This document shows positions 28,694 through 37,824 of a DNA stretch of 64,000 nucleotides, one piece after another. The notes beneath the pieces are model-generated. The model was not told where the DNA came from. It was given only the letters and a program-made list of their open reading frames with translations, and did no database searches. Numbering within the stretch: the first letter of the stretch is position 1; every line of letters starts with the position of its first letter. Made by a program: the position numbers and the translations under genes. The DNA is from an uncultured bacterium (GTDB lineage Bacteria > Eisenbacteria > RBG-16-71-46 > CAIMUX01), in contig CAYJLF010000025.1 of NCBI GenBank assembly GCA_964371055.1, positions 10,029 to 74,028 on the forward strand, given 5' to 3'.

Positions 28694-30241
28694 GTGAGAC
28701 CAGGGAGCGCTCGATCCGCGCCCCGAGGCGGCGGCGCGGCGCTCCTGGTCTTCCTGCTCTCTTTCATCCCGGCGGGAGATGAGGCGTCGGCCTTCGAGAC
28801 TCCCGCCCAACGCTGGGACTACTGGACGCTGCGCGCGACGGGAAACGTCCGCACGGCGCCACGCCTCGACGCCGAGCCGGATGTGATGACCGGCGCGATG
28901 ACCGCTTCCATGAACGACTCCACCTCCGGCTTGCCGGCCGCATCGGGTCCGGCGCGATCGGCCCGAGTGCGCCTCCTCTCCACCATCGGCGCACTGGCCG
29001 TGTGCCGCTTCGATCCAACGCCCGGCCGGCCGCCCCGGCCGAGCAATCGCGCGGCGTATGCGACCCGGCCCCCGGCCTGGAGCGAGGCGGACGGTCTCCG
29101 GGTCGGCGACGATCCGCTCTTCGTGCTGGAGCAGGGGATCGCGCTGCGGCTGTGGGGCGCGGACTGGTCCAGCGTCGGTCCCCGATGGACCCTCCGCGGG
29201 GTCGCGCAGCTCCAGGCGCGGAGTGGCGGACCCTGGCTGGGACGCGCGCCGCAGATCAACCTGGCTCGCCGCGGCGGGCGACACGACATCGTTCTGGGCG
29301 CTGCCCCGATCCGCTGGGGGGACGGCATAGAGGGGAGCCTGCTGCTGGGACGCACCGCGCCGCCGATGCCGCAGCTCCGCTGGACGACGGCGCGGCCGCT
29401 GCGTCTCCCGTCCCGCCTCCGTCTCCCGGGCACGTGGACCGGCGATCACTTCCTCGCCTACCTGCATGATGACGACAGAACGATCCCGCGCCCGCTCCTT
29501 CTCGGTCATCGACTCGCCTGGCAACCGATCGCGTCTGTCGAGGTGGCGGGAGCACGCACGATTCTCTTCGGCGGTCGCGGGCGGACGCGGCGCCTGACCC
29601 CGCGCGATCTCGGCCACATCCTCCTGGGCCGGCGGGAGAACGTGGTCGGCGCGCGCGGTCCGGGGGACAGCGACCAGCGTGCTTCCTTCTCGCTGCGCGC
29701 CACTCTGCCGGCCGCCTGGAAAGAGCGCCTCCGCCTCGAGGGGGGCGAGCTCTTCTGGGAGTACGCGGGCGAGGACATGATCGATCCGCCGATCCCCGCG
29801 GCGGTGGCTCATCACTACGGCGCCGCGGCGGTCTGGCGTGGCTGGGAACTCCGCACCGAGATCTCCGAGAGCACGAGCGAGAATCGGTGGTACGACCGGC
29901 ACACGGTCTACGGCGACGCGCACTTCTACCGCGGGCTGCCGCTCGGGATGAGTCACGGCTCGGACGTGGTCATGATGCGCGGCGGGATCACCACCCCGCC
30001 GGCCGGCGCGCGGATGCGGCTGACTCGCGCGGAGAGGCTCCACGGCGAGACCTCCGGGTCCCGCGAACTCCGCGTTTCGTGGCAGGCCGAGGCGATCGTC
30101 GAACTGAGTGAGCGTTGGATCGTCGAGGCGGAATTGAGCCGCACGCGGCGCATCGGCGACGGGCGCGACCCGACCGCGCCGCCGCTGCAGCGCAGCTTCG
30201 CCGCCCTGTGGGTCACCCACCGGCCGATTCCCGCGCCTTGA
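28694..30241 (+). CDS. Secreted hypothetical protein, possibly an outer-membrane beta-rich protein (GTG start)
   Basis: A signal peptide (GGGAALLVFLLSFIPAG) is present. The protein is rich in Trp, Arg and Gly. It lies next to the EPS-type sugar transferase, so a Wzi-like role is speculative. Confidence 0.45.
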   Translation: MRPGSARSAPRGGGAALLVFLLSFIPAGDEASAFETPAQRWDYWTLRATGNVRTAPRLDAEPDVMTGAMTASMNDSTSGLPAASGPARSARVRLLSTIGALAVCRFDPTPGRPPRPSNRAAYATRPPAWSEADGLRVGDDPLFVLEQGIALRLWGADWSSVGPRWTLRGVAQLQARSGGPWLGRAPQINLARRGGRHDIVLGAAPIRWGDGIEGSLLLGRTAPPMPQLRWTTARPLRLPSRLRLPGTWTGDHFLAYLHDDDRTIPRPLLLGHRLAWQPIASVEVAGARTILFGGRGRTRRLTPRDLGHILLGRRENVVGARGPGDSDQRASFSLRATLPAAWKERLRLEGGELFWEYAGEDMIDPPIPAAVAHHYGAAAVWRGWELRTEISESTSENRWYDRHTVYGDAHFYRGLPLGMSHGSDVVMMRGGITTPPAGARMRLTRAERLHGETSGSRELRVSWQAEAIVELSERWIVEAELSRTRRIGDGRDPTAPPLQRSFAALWVTHRPIPAP

Positions 30242-30323
30242 CGCTGCGGCGTGACCGCTGGTAGCGTCAACCAATCCACATCCGGGGCGGGTATCGCTCC
30301 AGGTCGGACGACGGGAGGGCGGC

Positions 30324-32951
30324 ATGCAGGAGATGGCCAAGGTCTACGATCCCGGTTCCTTCGAAGCGCGCTGGTATGCGCACTGGGAGAAGGAAGGGCT
30401 CTTCGCTCCCCGGCCGTCCAGCGCCGGGCGGCACTACACGATCGTCATCCCGCCCCCCAACGTCACCGGTGCTTTGACCATCGGCCACGTCCTCAACAAC
30501 ACCATCCAGGACGTCCTGATCCGCCTGCGGCGCATGCAGGGCTACAGCACGCTCTGGCTCCCCGGGACCGACCATGCCGGCATCGCCACGCAGAATGTGG
30601 TGAAGAAGGATCTGGAGAAGCAGGGCATCCAGATGGCCGACCTCGGCCGGGAGAAGTTCGTCGAGTCGGTCTGGGCCTGGAAGGAGCAGTACGGCGGCAA
30701 GATCATCCGCCAGTTGCGCACCCTGGGCTGTTCGTGCGATTGGCCCCGGGAGCGCTTCACGCTCGATCCGGGCCTCTCCCGCGCCGTCGAGACCGCCTTC
30801 AAGCATCTCTACCGGAAGGGCTGGATCTATCGCGGACAGTACCTGGTGAACTGGTGCATCGGCTGCCAGACCGCCATCTCCGACGAGGAGGTCGAGTACC
30901 GCGATCGCCAGAGCTTTCTCTGGTACGTGCGCTACCCCGTGAAGGGAACCGACCGCTTCGTCACCGTCGCGACCACGCGACCCGAGACGATCCTGGCCGA
31001 TACCGCCGTGGCGGTGAACCCGGAAGATCCCCGCTACGCCGACCTCATCGGGCGCACGCTCATTCTGCCGCTGCTGCACCGGGAAATCCCGCTCGTGGCC
31101 GACGCGGCGGTCGACAAGGAGTTCGGAACCGGCGCGCTCAAGGTCACTCCCGGCCATGACGCCGTCGACTTCGCCATCGGCGAACGCCACCGGCTGCCGG
31201 TCCTCTCCGCGATCGACGCGCACGGCCGGATGACCGACGTGGCCGGGCCGTACGCCGGCCAGGATCGGGAAGAGGCGCGCAAGGGGGTCGTGCGGCAGCT
31301 CGAGGCCGACGGCCTCCTTGATCGGAAGGAGCCCTACGCCAACGCGGTCGGCGAGTGCCACCGCTGCCACACCGTCATCGAGCCGTTCCTCTCGCAGCAG
31401 TGGTTCGTGCGGATGCAGGACCTGGCCCGGCCCGCGATCGAGGCGGCGGAGAAGGGCGAGGTCTCCTTCGTCCCCGAGCGCTGGGAGAAGACCTACCTGC
31501 ACTGGCTCTCGAACATCCGTGACTGGTGCATCAGCCGTCAGCTCTGGTGGGGTCACCCCATCCCGGTCTTCTACTGCTCGCAGGGGCACCAGGTCCTCGC
31601 CGGCGAGGAGCAGGAACCGTGCCCGCAATGTGGTTCGACCCAGTTCACGCGCGATCCCGACGTGCTCGACACCTGGTTCTCCAGCTGGCTCTGGCCCTTC
31701 TCGACCCTCGGCTGGCCCGACGAGACCGAGGAGCTGAAGGCGTGCTACCCGACGGATGACCTCGTGACCGGGCCGGACATCATCTTCTTCTGGGTCGCCC
31801 GCATGGTCATGGCCGGATACGAGTTCGTCGGGCAGAAGCCCTTTTCGCGGGTCCACCTCCACGGGATTGTGCGCGACGAGCAGGGGCGGAAGATGTCGAA
31901 GTCGCTCGGCAACTCACCCGACCCGCTCGATCTCATCGATCGCTACGGCGCCGACGCGCTGCGCTTCACCATGCTGATGCTGACGCCGACCGGCAACGAC
32001 ATCCTCTTCGGCGAGAAGAAGCTTGAGACCGGACGCAACTTCGCGAACAAGCTCTGGAACGCCGCCCGGTTCGCCCTCATGAACCTCGGGGACGATCCGG
32101 CCGTGACCGGGCCGATGGCGACCCGCGACCTGGCCGACCGCTGGCTGCAGAGCCGCCTGCGGCAGGTCATCCTCGACAGCGAACGGGCGGTGGGGGAGTT
32201 CCGGATCAACGACGCCGCCAAGGGGCTCTACGACTTCGTCTGGCACGAGTACTGCGACTGGTACCTCGAGATGGCGAAGGTGCGGATCCAGGCCGGGGGC
32301 GAAGCCGCGCTCGAAGCGAAGCGCGGGATCCTCGTCGGGCTGACCTCCATCCTCAAGCTGCTCCATCCGCTGATGCCGTTCATCACGGAGGAGATCTGGC
32401 ACCACCTCCCCGGCACCGAGGGGGACCTGATCATTGCGAGCTGGCCCGGCGTCGAGGGGCTGACCGCGGATCCCGCGGCCGAGGAAGCGATGGCTCTTTT
32501 GATGGAGACGGTCGTCACGATCCGAAACGTCCGCAGCGAGATGAACGTCCCCCCGTCGCGCGAAGCGGCGGTCAGCATCCGGGCCGATCATCATGCCGCC
32601 GCTCTCTACCGCGAGGCGGCCTCCTATCTGCGGACGCTCGGCCGCGTGAGCGAGCTCGCGATCGGTCCCGAGCTGGCCAAGCCGCGCCATGCCGCCCACG
32701 ACGTCGTCGGCCACTCCGAGGTCTTCGTCCACCTCGAGGGGCTGATCGACCTCGAGCTCGAGCGCCAGCGCCTGGGCCGCGAGCGGGAGAAGACCGAGAC
32801 GCTCGTCATCTCCGCCCGGAAGAAGCTGGAGAACCAGGATTTCCTCGACCGGGCCAAGCCGGAGGTGGTCAACCGGGAGCGAGAGAAGCTCCATCTGCTG
32901 GAAGCCTCTCTCGTCAAGCTCACGCGGGCGCTGGGGGCGGTGGAGGAGTGA
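30324..32951 (+). CDS. valS: Valine--tRNA ligase
   Basis: Class I aaRS HIGH (PPPNVTGALTIGHVLN) and KMSKS (RKMSKSLGN) motifs are present. The 875-aa length and the C-terminal coiled coil are typical of ValRS. Confidence 0.97.
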   Translation: MQEMAKVYDPGSFEARWYAHWEKEGLFAPRPSSAGRHYTIVIPPPNVTGALTIGHVLNNTIQDVLIRLRRMQGYSTLWLPGTDHAGIATQNVVKKDLEKQGIQMADLGREKFVESVWAWKEQYGGKIIRQLRTLGCSCDWPRERFTLDPGLSRAVETAFKHLYRKGWIYRGQYLVNWCIGCQTAISDEEVEYRDRQSFLWYVRYPVKGTDRFVTVATTRPETILADTAVAVNPEDPRYADLIGRTLILPLLHREIPLVADAAVDKEFGTGALKVTPGHDAVDFAIGERHRLPVLSAIDAHGRMTDVAGPYAGQDREEARKGVVRQLEADGLLDRKEPYANAVGECHRCHTVIEPFLSQQWFVRMQDLARPAIEAAEKGEVSFVPERWEKTYLHWLSNIRDWCISRQLWWGHPIPVFYCSQGHQVLAGEEQEPCPQCGSTQFTRDPDVLDTWFSSWLWPFSTLGWPDETEELKACYPTDDLVTGPDIIFFWVARMVMAGYEFVGQKPFSRVHLHGIVRDEQGRKMSKSLGNSPDPLDLIDRYGADALRFTMLMLTPTGNDILFGEKKLETGRNFANKLWNAARFALMNLGDDPAVTGPMATRDLADRWLQSRLRQVILDSERAVGEFRINDAAKGLYDFVWHEYCDWYLEMAKVRIQAGGEAALEAKRGILVGLTSILKLLHPLMPFITEEIWHHLPGTEGDLIIASWPGVEGLTADPAAEEAMALLMETVVTIRNVRSEMNVPPSREAAVSIRADHHAAALYREAASYLRTLGRVSELAIGPELAKPRHAAHDVVGHSEVFVHLEGLIDLELERQRLGREREKTETLVISARKKLENQDFLDRAKPEVVNREREKLHLLEASLVKLTRALGAVEE

Positions 32952-33051
32952 GCCGCGGTTAGCCAGGTCGCGGGTCGCCATCGGCCCGGTTCGGCGGGAG
33001 CAGGATCGCTCGCCGCGGTGTAGAGTCATCTCCGGAAAGGAGAGCCGAACC

Positions 33052-34428
33052 ATGAAGAATCTCGTCCTCCTCCTGTTGTCGTCCCTGCCCCTGGTCCTCG
33101 CCCTCGCGCTCGTGGTCCCCTCCGCGCGCGCGGCCGAGCGCGAGATCCGGATTACCGTCTACAACAACGACCTCGCGCTGGTCAGCGATCTCCGTCCGCT
33201 GGTCCTTCCCTCCGGGCGCGGACCGGTCGAGGTCGCGGAGGTGCCGGCGCGGATCGATCCGACCTCCGTCCATCTGCGCATCCCGGAGAGCGAGGCGCGG
33301 ATCCTCGAGCAGAACTTCCAGTACGACCTCGCGGACGCGGAGCGGATCCTGCAGCGCTATCTCGACCAGCCGATCGAGGTCATCCTCAAGGATGGCGGCG
33401 ACCTGAAGTCAGGGACCCTCCTCTCGTACGATGCCGGCTCTCTGGTGCTGCGCGAGGGAAGCGGGACGGTCAGCGTCGTCTCCCGGCCCCAGGTCGTCGA
33501 TCTGCGGCTCCCGAAGCTGCCGGAGGGATTGCGCACCCGCCCGACCCTCGTCTGGCTGCTGGAGGGACGCGGCGGGACCTCGCAGGCGGAGCTGACCTAC
33601 CTGACCGGCGGACTCAACTGGCATGCGGAATACATCGCCGTGTCCAATGAAGCTGATACCGGGATCGACCTCTCCGCCTGGGTCTCCCTGGAGAACAACT
33701 CCGGAGCGAGCTACCCGGACGCGAAGCTCCAGCTCATCGCGGGCGACGTGCAGCGGGTGCAGCCGGCGATGCCGCCGCGGGCGCGGGTGGCGAAGGGGAT
33801 GGCGGTGGAGATGATGGCCCAGGCCCCCGACTTCGCCGAGGAGACGTTCTTCGAGTACCACCTCTACACCCTCGAGCGGGCCACCACCATCGCCGACCGC
33901 GAGACCAAGCAGGTCTCTCTCTTCCCGACCGCCACGGCGCCGGTCAAGAAGATCTACGAGTACGACGGCCAGCGCGACGCCAAGAAGGTCCGCGTCATCC
34001 TCGAGACCGAGAACCGGAAGGAGCGCGGCCTGGGAATGCCCCTGCCGGCCGGTACGGTCCGGGTGTACAAGAAGGACTCCCGCGGCGATCTGCAGTTCGT
34101 CGGCGAGGATCGGATCGACCACACGCCGAAGAACGAGAAGATCCGGCTCGGCATCGGCAAGGCGTTCGACATCGCCGCCGAGCGGAACGTCCTCGCGCAG
34201 GAACGGATCTCCGAGCGGGTCAACGAGCAGAAGATCGAGGTGAAGATCCGAAACCGCAAGGAAGAGGCGATCGAGGTCCTGGTGATCGAGCGGCTCTGGG
34301 GCGACTGGGAAGTCCGGGAGTCGAGCCACCCGCACGTCAAGAAGGACGCCTACACGGCCGAGTTCCGCCTTCCGGTGGCGGCCGACCAGGAGGCGGTGCT
34401 GACCTTCACGGTGCGCCAGAAGTTCTGA
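33052..34428 (+). CDS. DUF4139/DUF4140-like secreted protein (MuiA-like)
   Basis: A signal peptide is followed by a motif (EIRITVYNNDLALVSDLR) resembling the start of the DUF4140/DUF4139 family, as I recall it. The protein is about 458 aa. Confidence 0.6.
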   Translation: MKNLVLLLLSSLPLVLALALVVPSARAAEREIRITVYNNDLALVSDLRPLVLPSGRGPVEVAEVPARIDPTSVHLRIPESEARILEQNFQYDLADAERILQRYLDQPIEVILKDGGDLKSGTLLSYDAGSLVLREGSGTVSVVSRPQVVDLRLPKLPEGLRTRPTLVWLLEGRGGTSQAELTYLTGGLNWHAEYIAVSNEADTGIDLSAWVSLENNSGASYPDAKLQLIAGDVQRVQPAMPPRARVAKGMAVEMMAQAPDFAEETFFEYHLYTLERATTIADRETKQVSLFPTATAPVKKIYEYDGQRDAKKVRVILETENRKERGLGMPLPAGTVRVYKKDSRGDLQFVGEDRIDHTPKNEKIRLGIGKAFDIAAERNVLAQERISERVNEQKIEVKIRNRKEEAIEVLVIERLWGDWEVRESSHPHVKKDAYTAEFRLPVAADQEAVLTFTVRQKF

Positions 34429-34442
34429 TCCGTGGAGGAAAC

Positions 34443-36728
34443 GTGTCGGTGATCGACCGGCCGACCCGGCCGTGGCCCCGTCGGTGTTGCCAGGCGTGGC
34501 CCGTCCCGTCGCTGGTCTCGTCGCTTCTCGTGGCGCTTCTCCTGTCGCTGCTTACGGTCGCCGGCCCCGCTCGCGCCGCCACGGTCAGCGGCTTCGTGCG
34601 GAGCGCGGCGACCGGAGAGGCGCTCGACTATGCCAACGTCTTCCTCCAGGGGACTTCCTACGGAGACATGACCAACGCCAAAGGGTTCTATTCCATCCCC
34701 GGCGTGCCGGCGGGGGAGTACACCCTGGCCTTCAGCTTCATCGGCTACGCGCTGGAGACACGCCCCATCACCCTGGTCGAGGGGGAGTCGGTCCTCCTGT
34801 CGGTGGAACTCCGGCCGCAGGCCATCCAACTCGACGCGGTGGAGGTAAAGGCCGAGGGGAAGGATCCGACGATCACTCCCAGCCGCCTGACCCTGCGCAC
34901 CGGTCAGCTCTCGCAGGTGCCGCGGATCGCCGAAGCCGATCTCTTCCGCGCCGTCCAGGCTCTCCCCGGCGTCAGCACTCTGTCGGACTTCTCCAGCGGC
35001 CTCTACGTGCGGGGCGGCAGTCCGGACCAGAACCTGATCCTGCTGGATGATGTCGATGTGTATAACCCCAGCCACCTCTTCGGCTTTTTCAGCACCTTCA
35101 ATGTCGATGCGGTCAAGACGGTCGACCTGCAGAAGTCCGGCTACCCCGTCCGTTACGGCGGCCGGCTCTCCTCCCTGCTCGACGTCCACAACCGGGACGG
35201 CAATCGCAAGACGTTCGAGGGGGTCGGGCGGATCGGCCTGATCAGCTCCGGCTTGACGCTGGAGGGACCGTGGCGGCGAGGCTCGTGGATGGTCTCCGGC
35301 CGGCGAACGCACCTCGAGCTCCTGGCCAAGGCCGCCGACATCGACCTCCCTTACAACTTCTACGACCTGCACGGCAAGGTGAACCTCGACTTCCGATCGG
35401 AGGATCGCGTGGCGGTCAGCCTCTTTCGGGGGAAGGACCGCCTCGACTGGGAGGAGAGCTCGGTCGACATCCTGCTCGCCTGGGGGAACGACACCTGGAG
35501 CAGCCAGTGGACCCACATCTGGAACAGTCGGGTCTTCTCCCACTTCATCCTCGGCGGCAGCCGGTTCACCTCGGAGGCCGAGATCGCCTTCCAGGACTTC
35601 GAGTTCCGCTTCCAGAACCGGATCGACGACCTCGCCGCCAAGGGAAACCTCTCGATCAAACCGACTTCGCATCACCTGGTCGACTTCGGCTTCGAGACCA
35701 AGCTGCTCGACTTCTCGTGGAAGCGGGAGATCGGCGAGGGGGACCGCCTGCAGTTCGGCTACGACGGAACCTACGCCGCGCTTTACGCCCAGGACGCATG
35801 GACCGTGAGCCGCCGCTGGCGCGTGCAGCCCGGTCTGCGCCTTGATCACTACTCGGAAGGAAACCACACCCGGCTCGGGCCCCGCTGCAGCGTGAGACGG
35901 CAATGGAACGAGATGCTGGCCCTGACCGCCACCGGCGGGCGCTACTACCAGTTCCTCAATCTCGTCTCGGAGGAGGGGGCCAGTTTCGCCGACATGTGGT
36001 TCCCGGTCGACGAAACGCTCCAGCCCGGGCGGGCCGACCACTACATCGCCGGCCTCGAGCTGGGACCGTACGAGGAGTTCGATCTCTCGGTGGAGGCCTA
36101 CTACAAGGACTACCGCAACCTGGTCGAGTTCAGCCGCGAGTTCACCCGGTCTTTGGTGGAGGAGGATGCCGAGCTCGGCGAGCTCTTCAATACTGGGACC
36201 GGCGAGGCCTACGGCGCCGATGTCTACCTCCGGAACCGCTGGGCCGGCTTCGACGGGTGGATCGGCTATGCCTGGGGGGTGGCGAAGCGGAAGGTCGAGC
36301 AGTTCAACCGGGGGGAGGAGTTCACTCCGGTCTACGATCGCCGTCACCAGATCACCGTCATGCAGTCGCGACCGCTGGGAAACGGCTTCACTCTCGACCT
36401 CGCCTTCCGCTACGGCACCGGGCAGCCGACCACGCTGGCGGCGGGGCGGTACACAGTCCGGGATCTCAACGGCAACACCTACGACACGACGCTGCCCGGG
36501 CCGCTCCACGAGGGGAGGCTCCCGGCCTTCCATCGACTCGACGTCGGCGTGTCGAAGGGGTTCGATCTCGCCTCCGCCCGGGGCGAGGCCTCCCTGCAAC
36601 TCATCAACCTGTACAACCGGGACAACGTCTATCTCCGGGCGTACGACCTGGAGAAAAATCCGGCGGAGTACGAGGATGTGACCATGTTGCCGTTTCTGCC
36701 CACCGTCGGCCTGACGGTCCGGTTCTGA
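34443..36728 (+). CDS. TonB-dependent outer-membrane receptor with an N-terminal carboxypeptidase-regulatory-like domain
   Basis: A signal peptide is followed by a CarbopepD_reg-like domain (TVSGFVRSAATGEALDYANVFLQGTSYGDMTNAKGFYSIPGVPAGEYTLAFSFIGY). Plug-region motifs (LSQVPRIAEADLFRAVQALPGV, GGSPDQNLILLDDVDVYNPSHLFGFFS) are present. A large beta-barrel follows and the protein ends with an aromatic residue. Confidence 0.85.
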   Translation: MSVIDRPTRPWPRRCCQAWPVPSLVSSLLVALLLSLLTVAGPARAATVSGFVRSAATGEALDYANVFLQGTSYGDMTNAKGFYSIPGVPAGEYTLAFSFIGYALETRPITLVEGESVLLSVELRPQAIQLDAVEVKAEGKDPTITPSRLTLRTGQLSQVPRIAEADLFRAVQALPGVSTLSDFSSGLYVRGGSPDQNLILLDDVDVYNPSHLFGFFSTFNVDAVKTVDLQKSGYPVRYGGRLSSLLDVHNRDGNRKTFEGVGRIGLISSGLTLEGPWRRGSWMVSGRRTHLELLAKAADIDLPYNFYDLHGKVNLDFRSEDRVAVSLFRGKDRLDWEESSVDILLAWGNDTWSSQWTHIWNSRVFSHFILGGSRFTSEAEIAFQDFEFRFQNRIDDLAAKGNLSIKPTSHHLVDFGFETKLLDFSWKREIGEGDRLQFGYDGTYAALYAQDAWTVSRRWRVQPGLRLDHYSEGNHTRLGPRCSVRRQWNEMLALTATGGRYYQFLNLVSEEGASFADMWFPVDETLQPGRADHYIAGLELGPYEEFDLSVEAYYKDYRNLVEFSREFTRSLVEEDAELGELFNTGTGEAYGADVYLRNRWAGFDGWIGYAWGVAKRKVEQFNRGEEFTPVYDRRHQITVMQSRPLGNGFTLDLAFRYGTGQPTTLAAGRYTVRDLNGNTYDTTLPGPLHEGRLPAFHRLDVGVSKGFDLASARGEASLQLINLYNRDNVYLRAYDLEKNPAEYEDVTMLPFLPTVGLTVRF

Positions 36729-36736
36729 GGGGCGGG

Positions 36737-37786
36737 ATGATGCCTCGGGTGAAGCGGCTCTCCGGCTCGAGCCTCCCCTCGACTCCGGCGGGGACGATCC
36801 GTCCCGGTCGCAGGCGGCGCTTTCGGGTTCTTCTCTCTCTGGTCCTGGCGGCGCTCGCAGCCGGCTGTTCCGATGACGCCACCGAGCCGCCGACCCGGGA
36901 CGAGGTCGCCATCTTCGGCTACCTCTATATCGGCGAGACGGTCAGCGTCGAGAACGCCATCCTCGTCACCCGGGTGCGGCCGGTCGGGGAGTTCTACGAC
37001 CCGGTCGAGGCGACGGTGAACGACGCCCTCGTCACGCTCCGCCGCGTAGGGGACGCAGAGCCGGAGACCTTGCGCGCGGTCGGGCCGGGATCGTACGCGG
37101 CGCCGGACTACCCGATCGAGGCGCGCGCCACCTATGATCTCTCGGTCGCGATCCCGGGGGATCGCACGCTCCACGCGCGCACGACCACGCCGTTCGCCTT
37201 CGAAGCCGAGGGGGGACCGCCGGTCCTCCCCGACTCCGTGCCGCACACCATCCTGCAGGATGCCCACCCGGTCTACCTCGCCTGCGACGATCCGGAACAG
37301 ATCGCGCTGGTCGATGTCTACTGCCGGGAGGACTGGGAGACCGCCCGCTACATCTATCCGTTCGGGGACCGCGAGGCTCCGGACGACTATGCGGAGTATG
37401 GAGGGGACAACGGCGAGCCGAGGCACATCAGCGCCTACTTCCGTCTGAACGACCTGGTGCGCGTCGGAGAAGGTGCGGACGAGCGTTTCGTCATCGACTT
37501 CTACAGCGCCATGATGGCGTTCTACGGCGCCTACGCGGTCCAGGTCTTTACCATCGACGATAACTACTACCGCTTCCTCTACCGGGATCACCCGGAAGAG
37601 GAAGGCGGCATCGTCGGCGGGATCGGCGTCTTCGGCTCGGCCTGCCGGCGATCGTGGGAGATCCGGGTCGGTCGGGCGACCTCCGGTCCCGCTCGGGGAC
37701 GGCTCAAATCATCCGAAGATCCGACTCGACCTTCGGTCGGCGCGGCCGCTTTTCGAACCGCCGTTCCCCCCTGGGCGGGGAACTGA
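36737..37786 (+). CDS. Hypothetical lipoprotein downstream of the TonB-dependent receptor (DUF4249-like position)
   Basis: A lipobox (LAALAAGCSDD) is present. The start codon lies 9 nt after the receptor stop. No catalytic motif was recognised. Confidence 0.5.
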   Translation: MMPRVKRLSGSSLPSTPAGTIRPGRRRRFRVLLSLVLAALAAGCSDDATEPPTRDEVAIFGYLYIGETVSVENAILVTRVRPVGEFYDPVEATVNDALVTLRRVGDAEPETLRAVGPGSYAAPDYPIEARATYDLSVAIPGDRTLHARTTTPFAFEAEGGPPVLPDSVPHTILQDAHPVYLACDDPEQIALVDVYCREDWETARYIYPFGDREAPDDYAEYGGDNGEPRHISAYFRLNDLVRVGEGADERFVIDFYSAMMAFYGAYAVQVFTIDDNYYRFLYRDHPEEEGGIVGGIGVFGSACRRSWEIRVGRATSGPARGRLKSSEDPTRPSVGAAAFRTAVPPWAGN

Positions 37787-37824
37787 ATCGAGTCCATACT
37801 CGTCTCGCCTGGCCGTGACCCACC

